64,000 nucleotides of DNA from Candidatus Curtissbacteria bacterium RIFCSPLOWO2_12_FULL_41_16. GTDB lineage: Bacteria; Patescibacteriota; Microgenomatia; Curtissbacterales; GWA2-41-24. Numbering within the stretch: position 1 is the stretch's first letter; each line of letters starts with the position of its first letter. The DNA lies in NCBI GenBank assembly GCA_001776545.1, contig MFBZ01000022.1, forward strand, positions 14,065-78,064, read 5' to 3'. The notes below the pieces were generated by a model, which saw only the letters and a list, made by a program, of their open reading frames with translations, was not told the origin of the DNA and searched no databases. Positions 9,445 to 19,666 of the stretch are shown here, in pieces. Both the position numbers and the translations under genes were made by a program.

Positions 9445-10608
9445 ATGAAATTCAAGATACAACAAAACGATCTTCTAAAAACATTGCTTGCCGTCAATAG
9501 GTCTATTTTAGCGAAAACAAACCTCCCTATTCTTTCCGGTGTGTTAATTTCAACCTCTGGCGAGGTCCTTGAGGTTCTTTCTACAAACCTTGAAACAGCA
9601 GCCAGGGTGGGGGCTGTATGTAAAACCGAGACGACAGGCAAGGCGGTTCTTCCGGGGAGGATACTCTTGGAGTTTGTGTCGCAACTCCCAGAAGGAGAGG
9701 TTGTTTTTGAGAAGCTGGGCGAGGAAGTTTTAGTAAAACTAGGCAGCTATGGTGCGCGTTTTGCAACAATGCCAACTGAAGACTTCCCAGCAATTCCGAA
9801 GATTGAAAAAGGACAGACTATAAAATTTAGCGCCGGTGATTTTGTGAGGACGGTTTTAAAAGTTGCATTTTGTGCAGCGGCCGATGAAGGACGGCCGGTT
9901 TTAACCGGTGTTCTTTGCGAGCTTGAGAAGAATCTTCTTTCGATGGTAGCAACAGATGGTTACCGTTTAGGTTTCCAAAAAATAGCAACAACAGGAGAAG
10001 CAGTCCCTTTAAAAATTATTATTCCCTCAAAATCACTTATTGAGGCAGCAAAGCTTATTGGTGAGAGAACCGAGGGGAAAACAGATGAGAGCATAGAAAT
10101 GATTATTGCCGATGATTTTAACCAGGTTAACTTCCAGGTCGATAAACTGCCTAGCGCTAAGACAGGCGTCGAATTTACCTCGAGGCTTATTGAGGGCGAA
10201 TTCCCAAACTGGCAAAAGATCATCCCGACAAGTTTTAATTCACTCGCCAGAATTTCCAAAGAGGAGTTTATTAAATTGGTAAGAATCGCCTCAATCTTTG
10301 CTCGAGATTCCGGGAATATTATTAGACTTAAACTTGAGGGTCATGCGGCAAAGGGCGCTGGGTTAATGACCGTTTTTGCTACCAACAATCAGCTAGGATC
10401 AAACCAGGCTGCATGCGAGATAGAGATGACAGGTCGCGGCGGGGAAATCGCCTTTAATTTTCGTTATCTTTTGGAGATGCTCTCTTCGATTGAGGGGGAG
10501 GATGTCAATTTTGAAATGATTGAGAGTTTAAACCCGGGGAAGTTTACGGAAACAGATAGCAGGGACAACTTTTTCCATATAATTATGCCGGTGAGACTGC
10601 AAAGTTAG
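9445..10608 (+). CDS. dnaN: DNA polymerase III beta sliding clamp
   Basis: 387 aa with three clamp domains. It immediately follows dnaA. Confidence 0.9.
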   Translation: MKFKIQQNDLLKTLLAVNRSILAKTNLPILSGVLISTSGEVLEVLSTNLETAARVGAVCKTETTGKAVLPGRILLEFVSQLPEGEVVFEKLGEEVLVKLGSYGARFATMPTEDFPAIPKIEKGQTIKFSAGDFVRTVLKVAFCAAADEGRPVLTGVLCELEKNLLSMVATDGYRLGFQKIATTGEAVPLKIIIPSKSLIEAAKLIGERTEGKTDESIEMIIADDFNQVNFQVDKLPSAKTGVEFTSRLIEGEFPNWQKIIPTSFNSLARISKEEFIKLVRIASIFARDSGNIIRLKLEGHAAKGAGLMTVFATNNQLGSNQAACEIEMTGRGGEIAFNFRYLLEMLSSIEGEDVNFEMIESLNPGKFTETDSRDNFFHIIMPVRLQS

Positions 10609-10674
10609 TTTCTGGTAATGATTAACCGGTAGCTGGTAATTTGTAACCAGATACCGGTTACCAGGTGCACAATC

Positions 10675-10977
10675 GTGTTTACCCCAATTGGAACTTTAAT
10701 CAAAAATTTCCCTCGTCGCTCTAAAACTCCGGAGGCGGTTTTAGCATTGCAAGTTAGACAGGCTGCCAAAGAATCCTTGGGGGAAATTTGTAGAGATTTG
10801 GGAAGCGATGTTTTGGACTCTGCCAAGATCAAATCTTTTAAAAATGGGATATTAGTAATACAGGCCCCGAGTTTGCTTTGCGCAGAGCTTCAGATGCGCT
10901 CTGAGGGGCTGATACGTGAGATTAATCGGGTGTTTGCGAAAAGACTGGTAACTCATTTAAGGTTTAGGGTTGGATAA
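10675..10977 (+). CDS. DUF721/DciA-like small protein (hypothetical)
   Basis: 100 aa located after dnaN. Weak resemblance to DUF721 proteins that are found near dnaN/recF/gyrB in other bacteria. Confidence 0.35.
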   Translation: MFTPIGTLIKNFPRRSKTPEAVLALQVRQAAKESLGEICRDLGSDVLDSAKIKSFKNGILVIQAPSLLCAELQMRSEGLIREINRVFAKRLVTHLRFRVG

Positions 10978-11556
10978 GAAATTTTGAGGCTCTTCTAAAC
11001 TAAGCCCAGGATGTTGTCGGAGAAAATTTTCCAGGGTTGCCGGCGCAAAATACCAAATTTCGACAATAGTTTTGTCGAATTGGCCGGCAAAGACTAAAAT
11101 ACCTGCTTGACCCCAAAAGTGTCCTGGCGCAAAAGTTCCGTGTTCGCCATAAAGTATTTTTTCTGATTGACCGTATTTTTGGATATAATTATCAAGGGTT
11201 CCCTTTTCATTGCCAATGACTTGTTCTTTGATAAGCGCAATTGTATTTTCTGTAAACTCGACCCGATGAGGTCTAAACTCTTGATTTGATCGGTACTTGT
11301 AGATTGTTTGTTCACCGCTTCCCTCGACTCCTTCTGGAGGACCAAGGATTGATTCGAGCTTTTCTTTAGTAGTTTTACCTGCATAAATATTCCCTTGCCA
11401 CGGAGTCCCCGTGGGACTTTCCGGCCCTTTATTTTTTGATGAGAACGAGAAAATTGCTAGCAGGAACATGCCGATGGAAAGAACTCCTAAAAGCAAGAGG
11501 ATCCATTCGGATTTTAGTATATTGGCAACTCGCGTCAAACTTAGTTTCTCCATCAA
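10957..11556 (-). CDS. Hypothetical N-terminally membrane-anchored protein
   Basis: 199 aa with a single N-terminal TM helix (ILLLLGVLSIGMFLLAIFSF). It is the first gene of the minus-strand T4SS-like block. No recognisable domain. Confidence 0.4.
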   Translation of the reverse strand: MMEKLSLTRVANILKSEWILLLLGVLSIGMFLLAIFSFSSKNKGPESPTGTPWQGNIYAGKTTKEKLESILGPPEGVEGSGEQTIYKYRSNQEFRPHRVEFTENTIALIKEQVIGNEKGTLDNYIQKYGQSEKILYGEHGTFAPGHFWGQAGILVFAGQFDKTIVEIWYFAPATLENFLRQHPGLSLEEPQNFLSNPKP

Positions 11557-14500
11557 TATTCAACTCCTCCAAAAATTTGGGTTTTGGCAAAGTTGTAATG
11601 GACAGGCCTATCATTTTTGAAAGTTGTCCACCCAGGCCCAGGGTTGACCCAAGCGCCACCTGGATAACCGGACCAAGATCTGGGGTTAAAGCTGTGGGTT
11701 TTTGAAACCACATAATCACTAATCATCTCGGCAAAAGACTCTGAGGCAACGCCCCAGGTTATTTCTTGAGGGGGGAAAGGATAGGTAGGCATCAAGCCCT
11801 CCTGGTTGTAAATACCTATAAAGTTGTTGTAGATGCCGGTATTGTAGTTACCAAGCACATGGCCCATCTCATGGATAATGACATATTTGGCAAAACTGGT
11901 TGGTGTCATATTACAGGCAACGGTGATTCTGTTGCCGCCGTTTACTGTTCCGCAGACCCCACTCCCAAGTGAGCCGTCAGAGACGCGAATTAAATAAATA
12001 GTGCCGGCGTTTTGGAGCAGAGAGACAGCCTGTGGTGATTGGTCTAAGTCTTTGCAGATTTCGTCGATGTTGTTATTCTCGGTGGAAGACCAAGGGCCTT
12101 GCCGCTCAATTATTCCGCAAATTGTTGGAGGGTTACCAATGACTACTGTGGCAGTTGTATTGCCGGTGATCGTGGGTTCGCTTTCGGGCGTAGCTGTGAC
12201 TGTGACAGTATTGGCAACGACCGAATCTGAGAAGTCATGTCCGGCTTGAGTGTCGGCAGTAATAGTAAATTGACAGCTCCAAGTTGCATTGGCAGCAAGC
12301 GTCTCAGGGATTGTATCTGCACAAGGCGGTGATATCAAATTACCATTTTTATCTTGAGTTACAGTAAAGTTGCCGTTTTTGGCTTGGACTTTTAATTCAT
12401 CGGTAATTTGCAGACCTGTGAGACCCTTTTCTTTGGCTGTTAGGGTTATAAAGAAAGTAATATCAGCGGGCAATTGGTTATTTTCCAGACGGTTAGGAGT
12501 TGCTGATTTGGTTACTGTAAAAAATGGTGTTTCCCCGGGTGGAGCAATTGCTGTTGGTAAGTCTGCTTCCGGATTAAAAAAGGTGGTGGCGGTGACAATG
12601 CCGATGATGGTGCCGCCAATGGCAACGGCGCTAATGCCGCCGACAACTGGAACTGCGGCAAGGGCCGTTGAGGGAGCAAGACCGGTCAAGCCGATGACAA
12701 AATTGGCAGCACCTGAGAGGAATCCGAGTGCGCCACCGGCCGCTGCGGTAATGCCGCCCCAAACGGTAGAAGCAGCGCCAGTAAAAAATCCGCCGATGGT
12801 ACCGATAATCCCGCTGGTTGTTCCTGTTGCTACACTGGTTGTGCCGGCGAAGAAGTTTTTGATTTGGATCAAGCCGCCGGCTGCCAGCCAGCCAATGCCA
12901 GCGCCAATCGCGGCGCCAATGGGGCCTCCTAAGATAAATCCGATAGCCGCGCCAGTGCCAATTGCTCCGATGGCGCTAAGAACATAATGACCAATAACGT
13001 AGCCAAGTGCGCCTCCGATGAAAGATCCGATATAAGCACCGGCAATGACACCAACGAAGGTTCCCAATGGACCGAAAGCACTGCCTAAGATTCCACCGAC
13101 GACTGCTCCGGTTGTGCCACCGACACCAACACCAATGCCGGCGGTGACGGCAGTTGGCGATCCGGTGAATAAACCCAGGGCAATTGCGCCACCAACTGTT
13201 CCACCAACTATCCCCCCAGTGAACATGCTTAGAGGGATGACTACGGGAGCGGCAAGTAGTCCAAACGGACCGAGGGCGACACAGATGCCAATACCGACTC
13301 CAAGACCGATGGTTGCCCCAATGGTTGCGCCGATTAGAAAACCTGTGAAAGCAGCCTGTCCTAGAGCTAGAAAGAAGAGTCCAAGGCCGCCTAAGACGGC
13401 GCCGGCAATATTTCTGATTTTGTGGCCGATCCCTAAGACTATGCCGGCTGGAGTGAAGCCGATAACACCAGCTGGGGCTATGCCCATGCCAAATGACGGC
13501 GCAAGGCTGGTGACTGAGAATCTAAAGCCGGGGTTTATCTTGCCAAAAAAGGAAAGACTTCCGGGGGCAATGGAGGTAAAAGCCGCGCGGGGGCCAAAAC
13601 AGGGGCTGTTGATAATGGTTTGTGGTCTAAAATAATCAAGTCGATACTCCCAAAAGGATTGGGCGCTGTAGGTTGCTTGAAGTAATGCTAGGCGATCTCT
13701 AAAAATATTGCGAAAGGCGGATGCCCTTTTGGGTTTTTTGAGGGCAAGTTCTTGGGCTTTTTGTAACTTGGCTAATTTGATCCGAGACGTTAGGTAAATT
13801 TTTCTTTCCCGATTGGTTAATGACATTTTCTTTTTAAAGTTTCCGGCCTCTAATGTTGTTTTTTTAAGTTCTCTGTTTAGCCACTCCTGATCATGAGCAA
13901 GAAGTGCCAGTTGGGCATCGGACAAATTTTTATCGGAGGATAGAACTAAGCCAGAACCGGTAGGGAGTCGGAACTTTTGTTCGGGTAAAACTTTTGGTGG
14001 TGCCAGTCTTAAATTGGTTGCTAGGGGAGCGGTTAAATTGCCATAGCCGATTTGTAGGCCTACTCTTTTGACACTCTCATTTTGAGAAATCGCTGTACCT
14101 ATTTTAGCTGTAGCTTTGTTGTGGGCGATTTCTTTGTATTTCTGAAGATCTTCAAATGAAGGAATTGTTGTTGGCGAAATCTTTGGAATCTGGCTTGCGA
14201 ATTCGTCAAGATAAGTAACAAGGTAAGTACCAAGACTTGCTTTGAGAATCTCTTGACTTTGGGGAGTAGCAAGAGGTGCGCTAGTTTCTATGATTTGTTT
14301 AACGTTATCTGAAATAGTGTTTAAAGTTTCTTGGGAAGGTTTTCTAAACGTACTGAGCTCTGTAAGTGATCCTAAAACTGCAGATTTTTCCAGTTGAGGC
14401 TTAAGTGATTCGGCGATTTGTGAGGTAATTGGTGTAACTTTTTGGATAAGTTTTTCTTCGTTGAGTTGAATTTCTGGGGGAAGAGTTTTATCTGGGTTTT

Positions 14501-15176
14501 TGGCAGGAAATGATTTGGAAATTGCTGGGCCTAGGTCTGGGTCTGCGATTAATGTTTGAATGACTGAGTCGGTGATGACATCTTGAGTTTGGGCAAGGTC
14601 GGCAATCTTGGGTATATTTTCAAGTGTTTCACGGGTTACTTCATTGGCGATTTCTTCGGAAATTTTGGCTAGTTGATCTTGAGGAATGTCTTTGATGCCT
14701 AAGGACGTGATAAGTGTTTGGACCTGAGGTGTTAATGCTGAAGTTAGCTTGACGGCCGTTTCTTGTTGATGTTTTCTTAATATTGGTTCGATGGCCTCAA
14801 GTTCGGCCAGAACTCCGAGCGCGGACGGACGACCTTTGGCGGCTTTGGCAGCGGTTAGATCTTCACCAGTGAGTCTTGGTACTGCCGACTCCCTTGGTGT
14901 TTCCAGTTTTTGTGATATTTCGTCGATGACCTCCTTGATTTTTTGTTGGTCGCCGACTATTTTTTGAAGATCAGTGGTTTTGAATCTGCTATAAATCCAG
15001 GTGTCGATTTCGTCCGCTGATATTAATTCCAAACCGGTGAATTGTTTCTGGAGCTCTTTTAAACCCGGTAGTTTTTTACCGTTGCCACGCTTAGGATCCA
15101 GTAAATAGTCGATCGACCAAGTTACGGCTTTGAGAAAGAGGGCGGTATCGAGTTTCGCGGCAGCTTCGGCAGGCAT
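11553..15176 (-). CDS. Giant membrane/surface protein with glycine-zipper segment and C-terminal HExxH zinc-metalloprotease motif
   Basis: 1207 aa. The N-terminal ~500 aa are charged and coiled. The central ~300 aa consist of (G/A)xxxG glycine-zipper TM repeats. The C-terminal part contains VIIHEMGHVLG (HExxH), encoded around 11860-11890 on the minus strand, plus Ig-like beta-rich regions. Confidence 0.6.
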   Translation of the reverse strand: MPAEAAAKLDTALFLKAVTWSIDYLLDPKRGNGKKLPGLKELQKQFTGLELISADEIDTWIYSRFKTTDLQKIVGDQQKIKEVIDEISQKLETPRESAVPRLTGEDLTAAKAAKGRPSALGVLAELEAIEPILRKHQQETAVKLTSALTPQVQTLITSLGIKDIPQDQLAKISEEIANEVTRETLENIPKIADLAQTQDVITDSVIQTLIADPDLGPAISKSFPAKNPDKTLPPEIQLNEEKLIQKVTPITSQIAESLKPQLEKSAVLGSLTELSTFRKPSQETLNTISDNVKQIIETSAPLATPQSQEILKASLGTYLVTYLDEFASQIPKISPTTIPSFEDLQKYKEIAHNKATAKIGTAISQNESVKRVGLQIGYGNLTAPLATNLRLAPPKVLPEQKFRLPTGSGLVLSSDKNLSDAQLALLAHDQEWLNRELKKTTLEAGNFKKKMSLTNRERKIYLTSRIKLAKLQKAQELALKKPKRASAFRNIFRDRLALLQATYSAQSFWEYRLDYFRPQTIINSPCFGPRAAFTSIAPGSLSFFGKINPGFRFSVTSLAPSFGMGIAPAGVIGFTPAGIVLGIGHKIRNIAGAVLGGLGLFFLALGQAAFTGFLIGATIGATIGLGVGIGICVALGPFGLLAAPVVIPLSMFTGGIVGGTVGGAIALGLFTGSPTAVTAGIGVGVGGTTGAVVGGILGSAFGPLGTFVGVIAGAYIGSFIGGALGYVIGHYVLSAIGAIGTGAAIGFILGGPIGAAIGAGIGWLAAGGLIQIKNFFAGTTSVATGTTSGIIGTIGGFFTGAASTVWGGITAAAGGALGFLSGAANFVIGLTGLAPSTALAAVPVVGGISAVAIGGTIIGIVTATTFFNPEADLPTAIAPPGETPFFTVTKSATPNRLENNQLPADITFFITLTAKEKGLTGLQITDELKVQAKNGNFTVTQDKNGNLISPPCADTIPETLAANATWSCQFTITADTQAGHDFSDSVVANTVTVTATPESEPTITGNTTATVVIGNPPTICGIIERQGPWSSTENNNIDEICKDLDQSPQAVSLLQNAGTIYLIRVSDGSLGSGVCGTVNGGNRITVACNMTPTSFAKYVIIHEMGHVLGNYNTGIYNNFIGIYNQEGLMPTYPFPPQEITWGVASESFAEMISDYVVSKTHSFNPRSWSGYPGGAWVNPGPGWTTFKNDRPVHYNFAKTQIFGGVEY

Positions 15177-15278
15177 ACTTTAAAGATATCATGAATTGTT
15201 AAATTGTTTTTCATCAATAGAGCAATTTAGCAATATAAGAGAGCTTGGTATCTCGTAAGCTCGATATAGTAATTGAAT

Positions 15279-17099
15279 CTAGAATTGTTTTAAAACGGCG
15301 GCCGATTTTTTCTGCATCTCCAGAAGCTCTTCGGGCTTGGTGGTTACTAAATAGTGTTCGTCTTCCGAGGCGACTATACGAATGGCGACATGGTTTGGTC
15401 CGGCAAAGAAGATGCCTTCACCAACGTCGGCTGCCAGAAGTAAGTGCTTTTCGCCTTCTGATAGATAAAAGACTTCGGCGATCTGATCGATGGCGGCTGG
15501 CGATTGTTTTAGGAGAATCTGGATTGAAGAATTAGTGACGATAGCCTTACCATAATCGGTTCTTAGAAAGTCGGTAACATCCTGAGTGATAGTGGTCAGA
15601 CCCAGATAATACTTTCTGGCCCTTTTGGCGATACTGTACATGAAGGTAGCGCTGTCAGGGTACTGCATCATATACCAGGCCTCATCGACAATGAGAAGGC
15701 GCTTTCTAATATTGTTTTTAATTCTGGTCCAGATAAAGTCTAAAATCAAATACATGGCAATTGGCCGCAGCTCATCCTCCATGTCTTTAATAGAAAAGAC
15801 AGTAAAAGTATTTTTAATGTCGATATTGCTTTGTTGGTTAAAAATGCCAACCAGCGAGCCTTTAACAAATTTCTCAATGCGATCGGCAAGACCGCGGGCG
15901 GCCTGATCTTCCATGCCAAGAAGTATTTTATAGAGATCTTCCATTAGAGGAGGTTCGTTTTTTTGAGTTGCCGGATCAGGGGTAATCCCTTTGGCTTTAT
16001 AGGTGGCAACTAAGGCTCGGTCTAAAAGAGCATCTTCAGTCGGAGTTAAATTGCCCATGATGACTTTGAAAAGTCCATGCAGAGAAAGAATTTTTAGACC
16101 AAGTTCATTTTCGCCTTCTTCATAAACACCGGAGAGGTCAAATGGATTGATTTTAGCGGGTGAGTTGAAATTAAAAGTAATATATTCCCCGCCGATTGCC
16201 TCACAAAGATTTTTATATTCTTCCTCCGGATCGATGACGATAATTTCAGTACCGAACATTAGGGAGCGAAGAGCTTCGAGCTTCACCAGATACGATTTGC
16301 CGGCACCGGATTTGGCAAAAATGACGGAATTGGCGTTTTCTAAAGAAAAGCGGTCAAAAATCACCAGAGAGCCGTTGTGTTCATTGATCCCATACATAAT
16401 GCCGGTATTTGAGGTTAGTGATGAGGAGATGAAAGGGAAAGTGGTCGCAAGGGAGGTGGTATCCATGTTGCGTGTAATATAGATATGGTCAGTGCCCTGC
16501 GGCAGGGTAGTTTTGAAAGCCTCTTCCTGCTGGAGAGTGGCATGTTTGGGGACTAAAAGCAGTGAGCCCAGGGTTGACTCTACTTGTTTGGTGATGGTAT
16601 CCAGTTCTTCACGACTGTCGGCAGGGATAGTGACATAGAGGGCAAACTGAAAGAAGCGTTCGGCTCCTTTGACTAATTCTTCTTGTAGAACCTGTGCATC
16701 TTCCAAAGCAGCTTGGACGGCCGGGTCGAGAACGCGGCCATGTTGGATATCGGTGGCGATGGTAGCTTCCATTTCGGTGATTTTGCGCTTGAGATCATCA
16801 AGAACTCCCTTTGCCTCGACCGGGTAAGAGTACATGGCAATTTCCAGAGTGTGTTCGAAATTAATTAAGGGAGCAAGCCAATTAGCCTGCACAAATCTGG
16901 GGTAGCCTACGACAAAAAGGGTCCTAAAATATGTTGAGCCAACTTTAATGAAGTCGAAATCGACTTCAATTGCCGGAGGCGCAATGATGTCTTTAACTGA
17001 GACGATGCCAGTCGCAAGTGTTTGAACCCACTGCTTCTGCTTATCGGAAAGCTGGGTCTCTCCTGTTTTTTTAGGCGCAAATGGGTTAAATATGCTCAT
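15279..17099 (-). CDS. VirB4/TraC/TrbE-family type IV secretion ATPase
   Basis: 606 aa with Walker A AKSGAGKS and Walker B LLIVDEAW. Size and motif order match VirB4-like conjugation ATPases. Confidence 0.8.
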   Translation of the reverse strand: MSIFNPFAPKKTGETQLSDKQKQWVQTLATGIVSVKDIIAPPAIEVDFDFIKVGSTYFRTLFVVGYPRFVQANWLAPLINFEHTLEIAMYSYPVEAKGVLDDLKRKITEMEATIATDIQHGRVLDPAVQAALEDAQVLQEELVKGAERFFQFALYVTIPADSREELDTITKQVESTLGSLLLVPKHATLQQEEAFKTTLPQGTDHIYITRNMDTTSLATTFPFISSSLTSNTGIMYGINEHNGSLVIFDRFSLENANSVIFAKSGAGKSYLVKLEALRSLMFGTEIIVIDPEEEYKNLCEAIGGEYITFNFNSPAKINPFDLSGVYEEGENELGLKILSLHGLFKVIMGNLTPTEDALLDRALVATYKAKGITPDPATQKNEPPLMEDLYKILLGMEDQAARGLADRIEKFVKGSLVGIFNQQSNIDIKNTFTVFSIKDMEDELRPIAMYLILDFIWTRIKNNIRKRLLIVDEAWYMMQYPDSATFMYSIAKRARKYYLGLTTITQDVTDFLRTDYGKAIVTNSSIQILLKQSPAAIDQIAEVFYLSEGEKHLLLAADVGEGIFFAGPNHVAIRIVASEDEHYLVTTKPEELLEMQKKSAAVLKQF

Positions 17100-18100
17100 A
17101 CCGTTTTTCTTGATTCCGACTGCACGTTGTCGGGAGTACCCACAATTGTGTCATTGGCATTTTGTTGCGGTCGGACGATTTGGGCAACCCTGGCGGTTGC
17201 CTCCTGAAGGTTTTTTAAAGCCTCTACTTGATTATCGGTCGCTGGTCTTTGAGGTACTGGTCTTAAATTTGGACCAGTTTCGTTAAGAGGGTAAGCAGCA
17301 GCCGGCTGGGTTGGTAGGGAAGTTGGGTAGGCACTAAAGGGTTGGTTCGCAGTAATTTGTGACTTGTCGTCTGCTATTTTTGACTGCTCAGTGGCGGGGA
17401 CCGGATTCGGGCCAGAAGGCGGCGGAGCCGGCGAGGGGATTTCAACGGCCGGTTCAACTATCGGGGTGGTGTATGAGGAGGTGTCCAGAAGAATTCTTTG
17501 GGTTCCGGTCGGCGCCGGGTTGTAGATATCGTAGAAAAGCTCGATTAATTCTTGGGTAGTTAATTGTCTGGCCGAAAGTCCTAACCTGGCCATTTGTTTG
17601 ATTAAATGATCACGTTTGGGCAAAAGCGCGATTTTGGCGTCGGCAATAAGCTGCGATTTACCGCCGCTTTTAGTTGGTTTTCTGCCAGTAATGTTTTTGA
17701 AACCGAGTTCAAGCGGGGAGAAGTTAATGATTAAATAAAATTTTTTATCAAGAACCGTTTTTTGCTGGACAGTCGACTCTATAAAATCCAGATATTTTTG
17801 GATTTGTCTTTTAAGATCAGGGTTTGGTTGGGCATGTTCGGCCTCGGAGAGGCTGGCAAAATACGAGGTAATGTCAGCTTTTTTGGAGCGAATAAGAACT
17901 TCTACCGGAAAGGTTAATGAGTTTAGAAGAGCACCATAGGCATAAATCGTGGCATCCTGTTCGGCTTCAGACAAGAGGTCAAAGTTAACGGCAGTTAAAG
18001 ATAAGACAAGAGCAACCCAACCGGTTTTTAAAATTACCAAGTCGTCTATAATATTCTCTATGTCTAAATGTTCTTGAGTAGAGGCTTTAGTTTTTGCCAT
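17096..18100 (-). CDS. Hypothetical protein with a Pro-rich C-terminus (T4SS-locus associated)
   Basis: 334 aa with a 4-bp start/stop overlap with virB4-like. The C-terminal third is Pro/Gln-rich and low-complexity. No assignable domain. Confidence 0.4.
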   Translation of the reverse strand: MAKTKASTQEHLDIENIIDDLVILKTGWVALVLSLTAVNFDLLSEAEQDATIYAYGALLNSLTFPVEVLIRSKKADITSYFASLSEAEHAQPNPDLKRQIQKYLDFIESTVQQKTVLDKKFYLIINFSPLELGFKNITGRKPTKSGGKSQLIADAKIALLPKRDHLIKQMARLGLSARQLTTQELIELFYDIYNPAPTGTQRILLDTSSYTTPIVEPAVEIPSPAPPPSGPNPVPATEQSKIADDKSQITANQPFSAYPTSLPTQPAAAYPLNETGPNLRPVPQRPATDNQVEALKNLQEATARVAQIVRPQQNANDTIVGTPDNVQSESRKTV

Positions 18101-18109
18101 ATATTAGTA

Positions 18110-19666
18110 TCAGTCCTTTGCTTTGACTTCCAGCGGAGCTAAAATTTGGCCTTCTAAGTTGATAGTGAAAGGCTCGAAGTGGGCCTGTTCACTTTCAATT
18201 TCTACTGAATACTTTCCGTTGGCAAGGGAGGTGACTGAAAGAAACTGTCCGAGTTTGTTGGTTTTAAGGGCACGAACGGGAATGCCATTTTCATCTCTGA
18301 CGATAATGATTGCACCAACAATTGGAGTATTATCTTTGCCACTTGTGGCCTGTCCCGAGAGAGTATTTGGATTAGTGGTTAGAGGAATGATTTTGGCCTT
18401 ACCAAGGCCGGCTGCAATTGAGGTTACGTTGGGATTTTGGCCTACAATAGAGATTTTCGAGTCGGCTATTACCTCTTGTTGCTTGAAGGAGGCATTTTGA
18501 GGAGCTGGTCTCTGGTTTGGTTTTGGAACAAAGTAGGCTTGTTTTGCATGAGCTGCGCGTTGGGTGTGTTTTTCAAAAGAGGTTGTGGTGGCCTGATGAG
18601 ATGGACCAGTCCAGACCGGAGGCTGGTTGCCTTTGGCTGGTTTCGGCTGGGGCTCATTAGTTATTGGTTCTGTAGTTTCCGGGAACCGGAAGCGCTTTTT
18701 AAGCTCTTCGGAAATCTCGAATCTGCGCTCGCCCCTGACTGGTAATTTCGACAGGTCAAAATCGACAGGCGGCGCAAAGTGAAGTTTTCTGACCCTGGTT
18801 TTGCCGACTGGCGGCAAAAAGGCTAGACGTTTGTCTGGCGTTTTAATGGGAATGACAAATTCCTGAGAGAAGTTGATATCTGAGGCCAGGTGACGGGGGT
18901 TTTTAGTTTCCTCTTCTTTCGGAGTGGAGTCTGAGAGCATAAGGAGTTCGACGGGGCCAGCATGGCCCGGGCCAAGTTTGGTTTCAAGGCCAGGGAGTAC
19001 GTAAGGCTTGGCATGGGAAGAAATTTTAACTGATGTGCGGGGTGAGAACATAATTGGAGGTTTGGTAGAAGGCAAGGATTCGGGCATGGGGGGAGTTTGG
19101 GCCAGGGTTAACTGGGGCACGGCTTTGATTTGGGGCAGGGCTTCTGAATAAAAGAGAATTGGCGCGGGTAGCTTTCCTTTGGGCACTTGTCCATATTCTT
19201 GGAGTTCAAGTCTTTGGAGCGCGATTTGCTCTTTGACATCAAGTGGCGCTACCTGACCCTTAGGGAGTGAACGTAAATAAGCAAGGAGCCTGGAGCGGCC
19301 TTGGGCGGTGGTTGTTTCTGGAGGATGTTTTTCGGGCAATGGGGCAGAGGTGACAACATTTAAGAACTCTGGTGTTTTTGATTCCTTAATCCAGGTGCGC
19401 AGCGTTGGTGAAAGAACGGAGCGGATAAAGGCGACTAACCATTTATCCAGTGGACGGCCGCCGAATGGCACAAGAGCGGCGATAAAGCCCAGAACGGCGA
19501 AGATGAGACTGGCGGGAATTTTTAAAATTGGGGCGAGAGGAGAGAAAAAAATCAAGGCGGCGACAGAGAGGGGAATTGCCAATGTTATAAACTGGCGAAC
19601 AGTCAGGTTACCAAAAAGTTTAAATTCAAAAGAAGCAATATGTTGCGGGACAGGATGTTGTTCCAT
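18110..19666 (-). CDS. PrgI/VirB3-like membrane protein with a long C-terminal extension
   Basis: The N-terminus (MEQHPVPQHIASFEFKLFGNLTVRQFITLAIPLSVAALIFF) plus a second TM helix resembles the PrgI (VirB3-like) family of Gram-positive T4SS. The remaining ~400 aa are Pro-rich and end in a beta-sandwich-like segment. Confidence 0.5.
   Translation of the reverse strand: MEQHPVPQHIASFEFKLFGNLTVRQFITLAIPLSVAALIFFSPLAPILKIPASLIFAVLGFIAALVPFGGRPLDKWLVAFIRSVLSPTLRTWIKESKTPEFLNVVTSAPLPEKHPPETTTAQGRSRLLAYLRSLPKGQVAPLDVKEQIALQRLELQEYGQVPKGKLPAPILFYSEALPQIKAVPQLTLAQTPPMPESLPSTKPPIMFSPRTSVKISSHAKPYVLPGLETKLGPGHAGPVELLMLSDSTPKEEETKNPRHLASDINFSQEFVIPIKTPDKRLAFLPPVGKTRVRKLHFAPPVDFDLSKLPVRGERRFEISEELKKRFRFPETTEPITNEPQPKPAKGNQPPVWTGPSHQATTTSFEKHTQRAAHAKQAYFVPKPNQRPAPQNASFKQQEVIADSKISIVGQNPNVTSIAAGLGKAKIIPLTTNPNTLSGQATSGKDNTPIVGAIIIVRDENGIPVRALKTNKLGQFLSVTSLANGKYSVEIESEQAHFEPFTINLEGQILAPLEVKAKD

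Noticed and set aside
9318-9793. Minus-strand ORFs 9318..9641 and 9581..9793
   Set aside because: They are antisense to the dnaN 5' region and the AT-rich origin spacer. dnaN is strongly supported, so these are rejected.
12370-13635. Plus-strand ORFs 12370..12987 and 13045..13635 encoding Pro/Ala/Met-rich peptides
   Set aside because: They are antisense to the glycine-zipper segment of the 1207-aa minus-strand gene. GC-rich GGN codon repeats generate open antisense frames (NCC = Pro/Ala), and there is no independent start context. Treated as artefacts.
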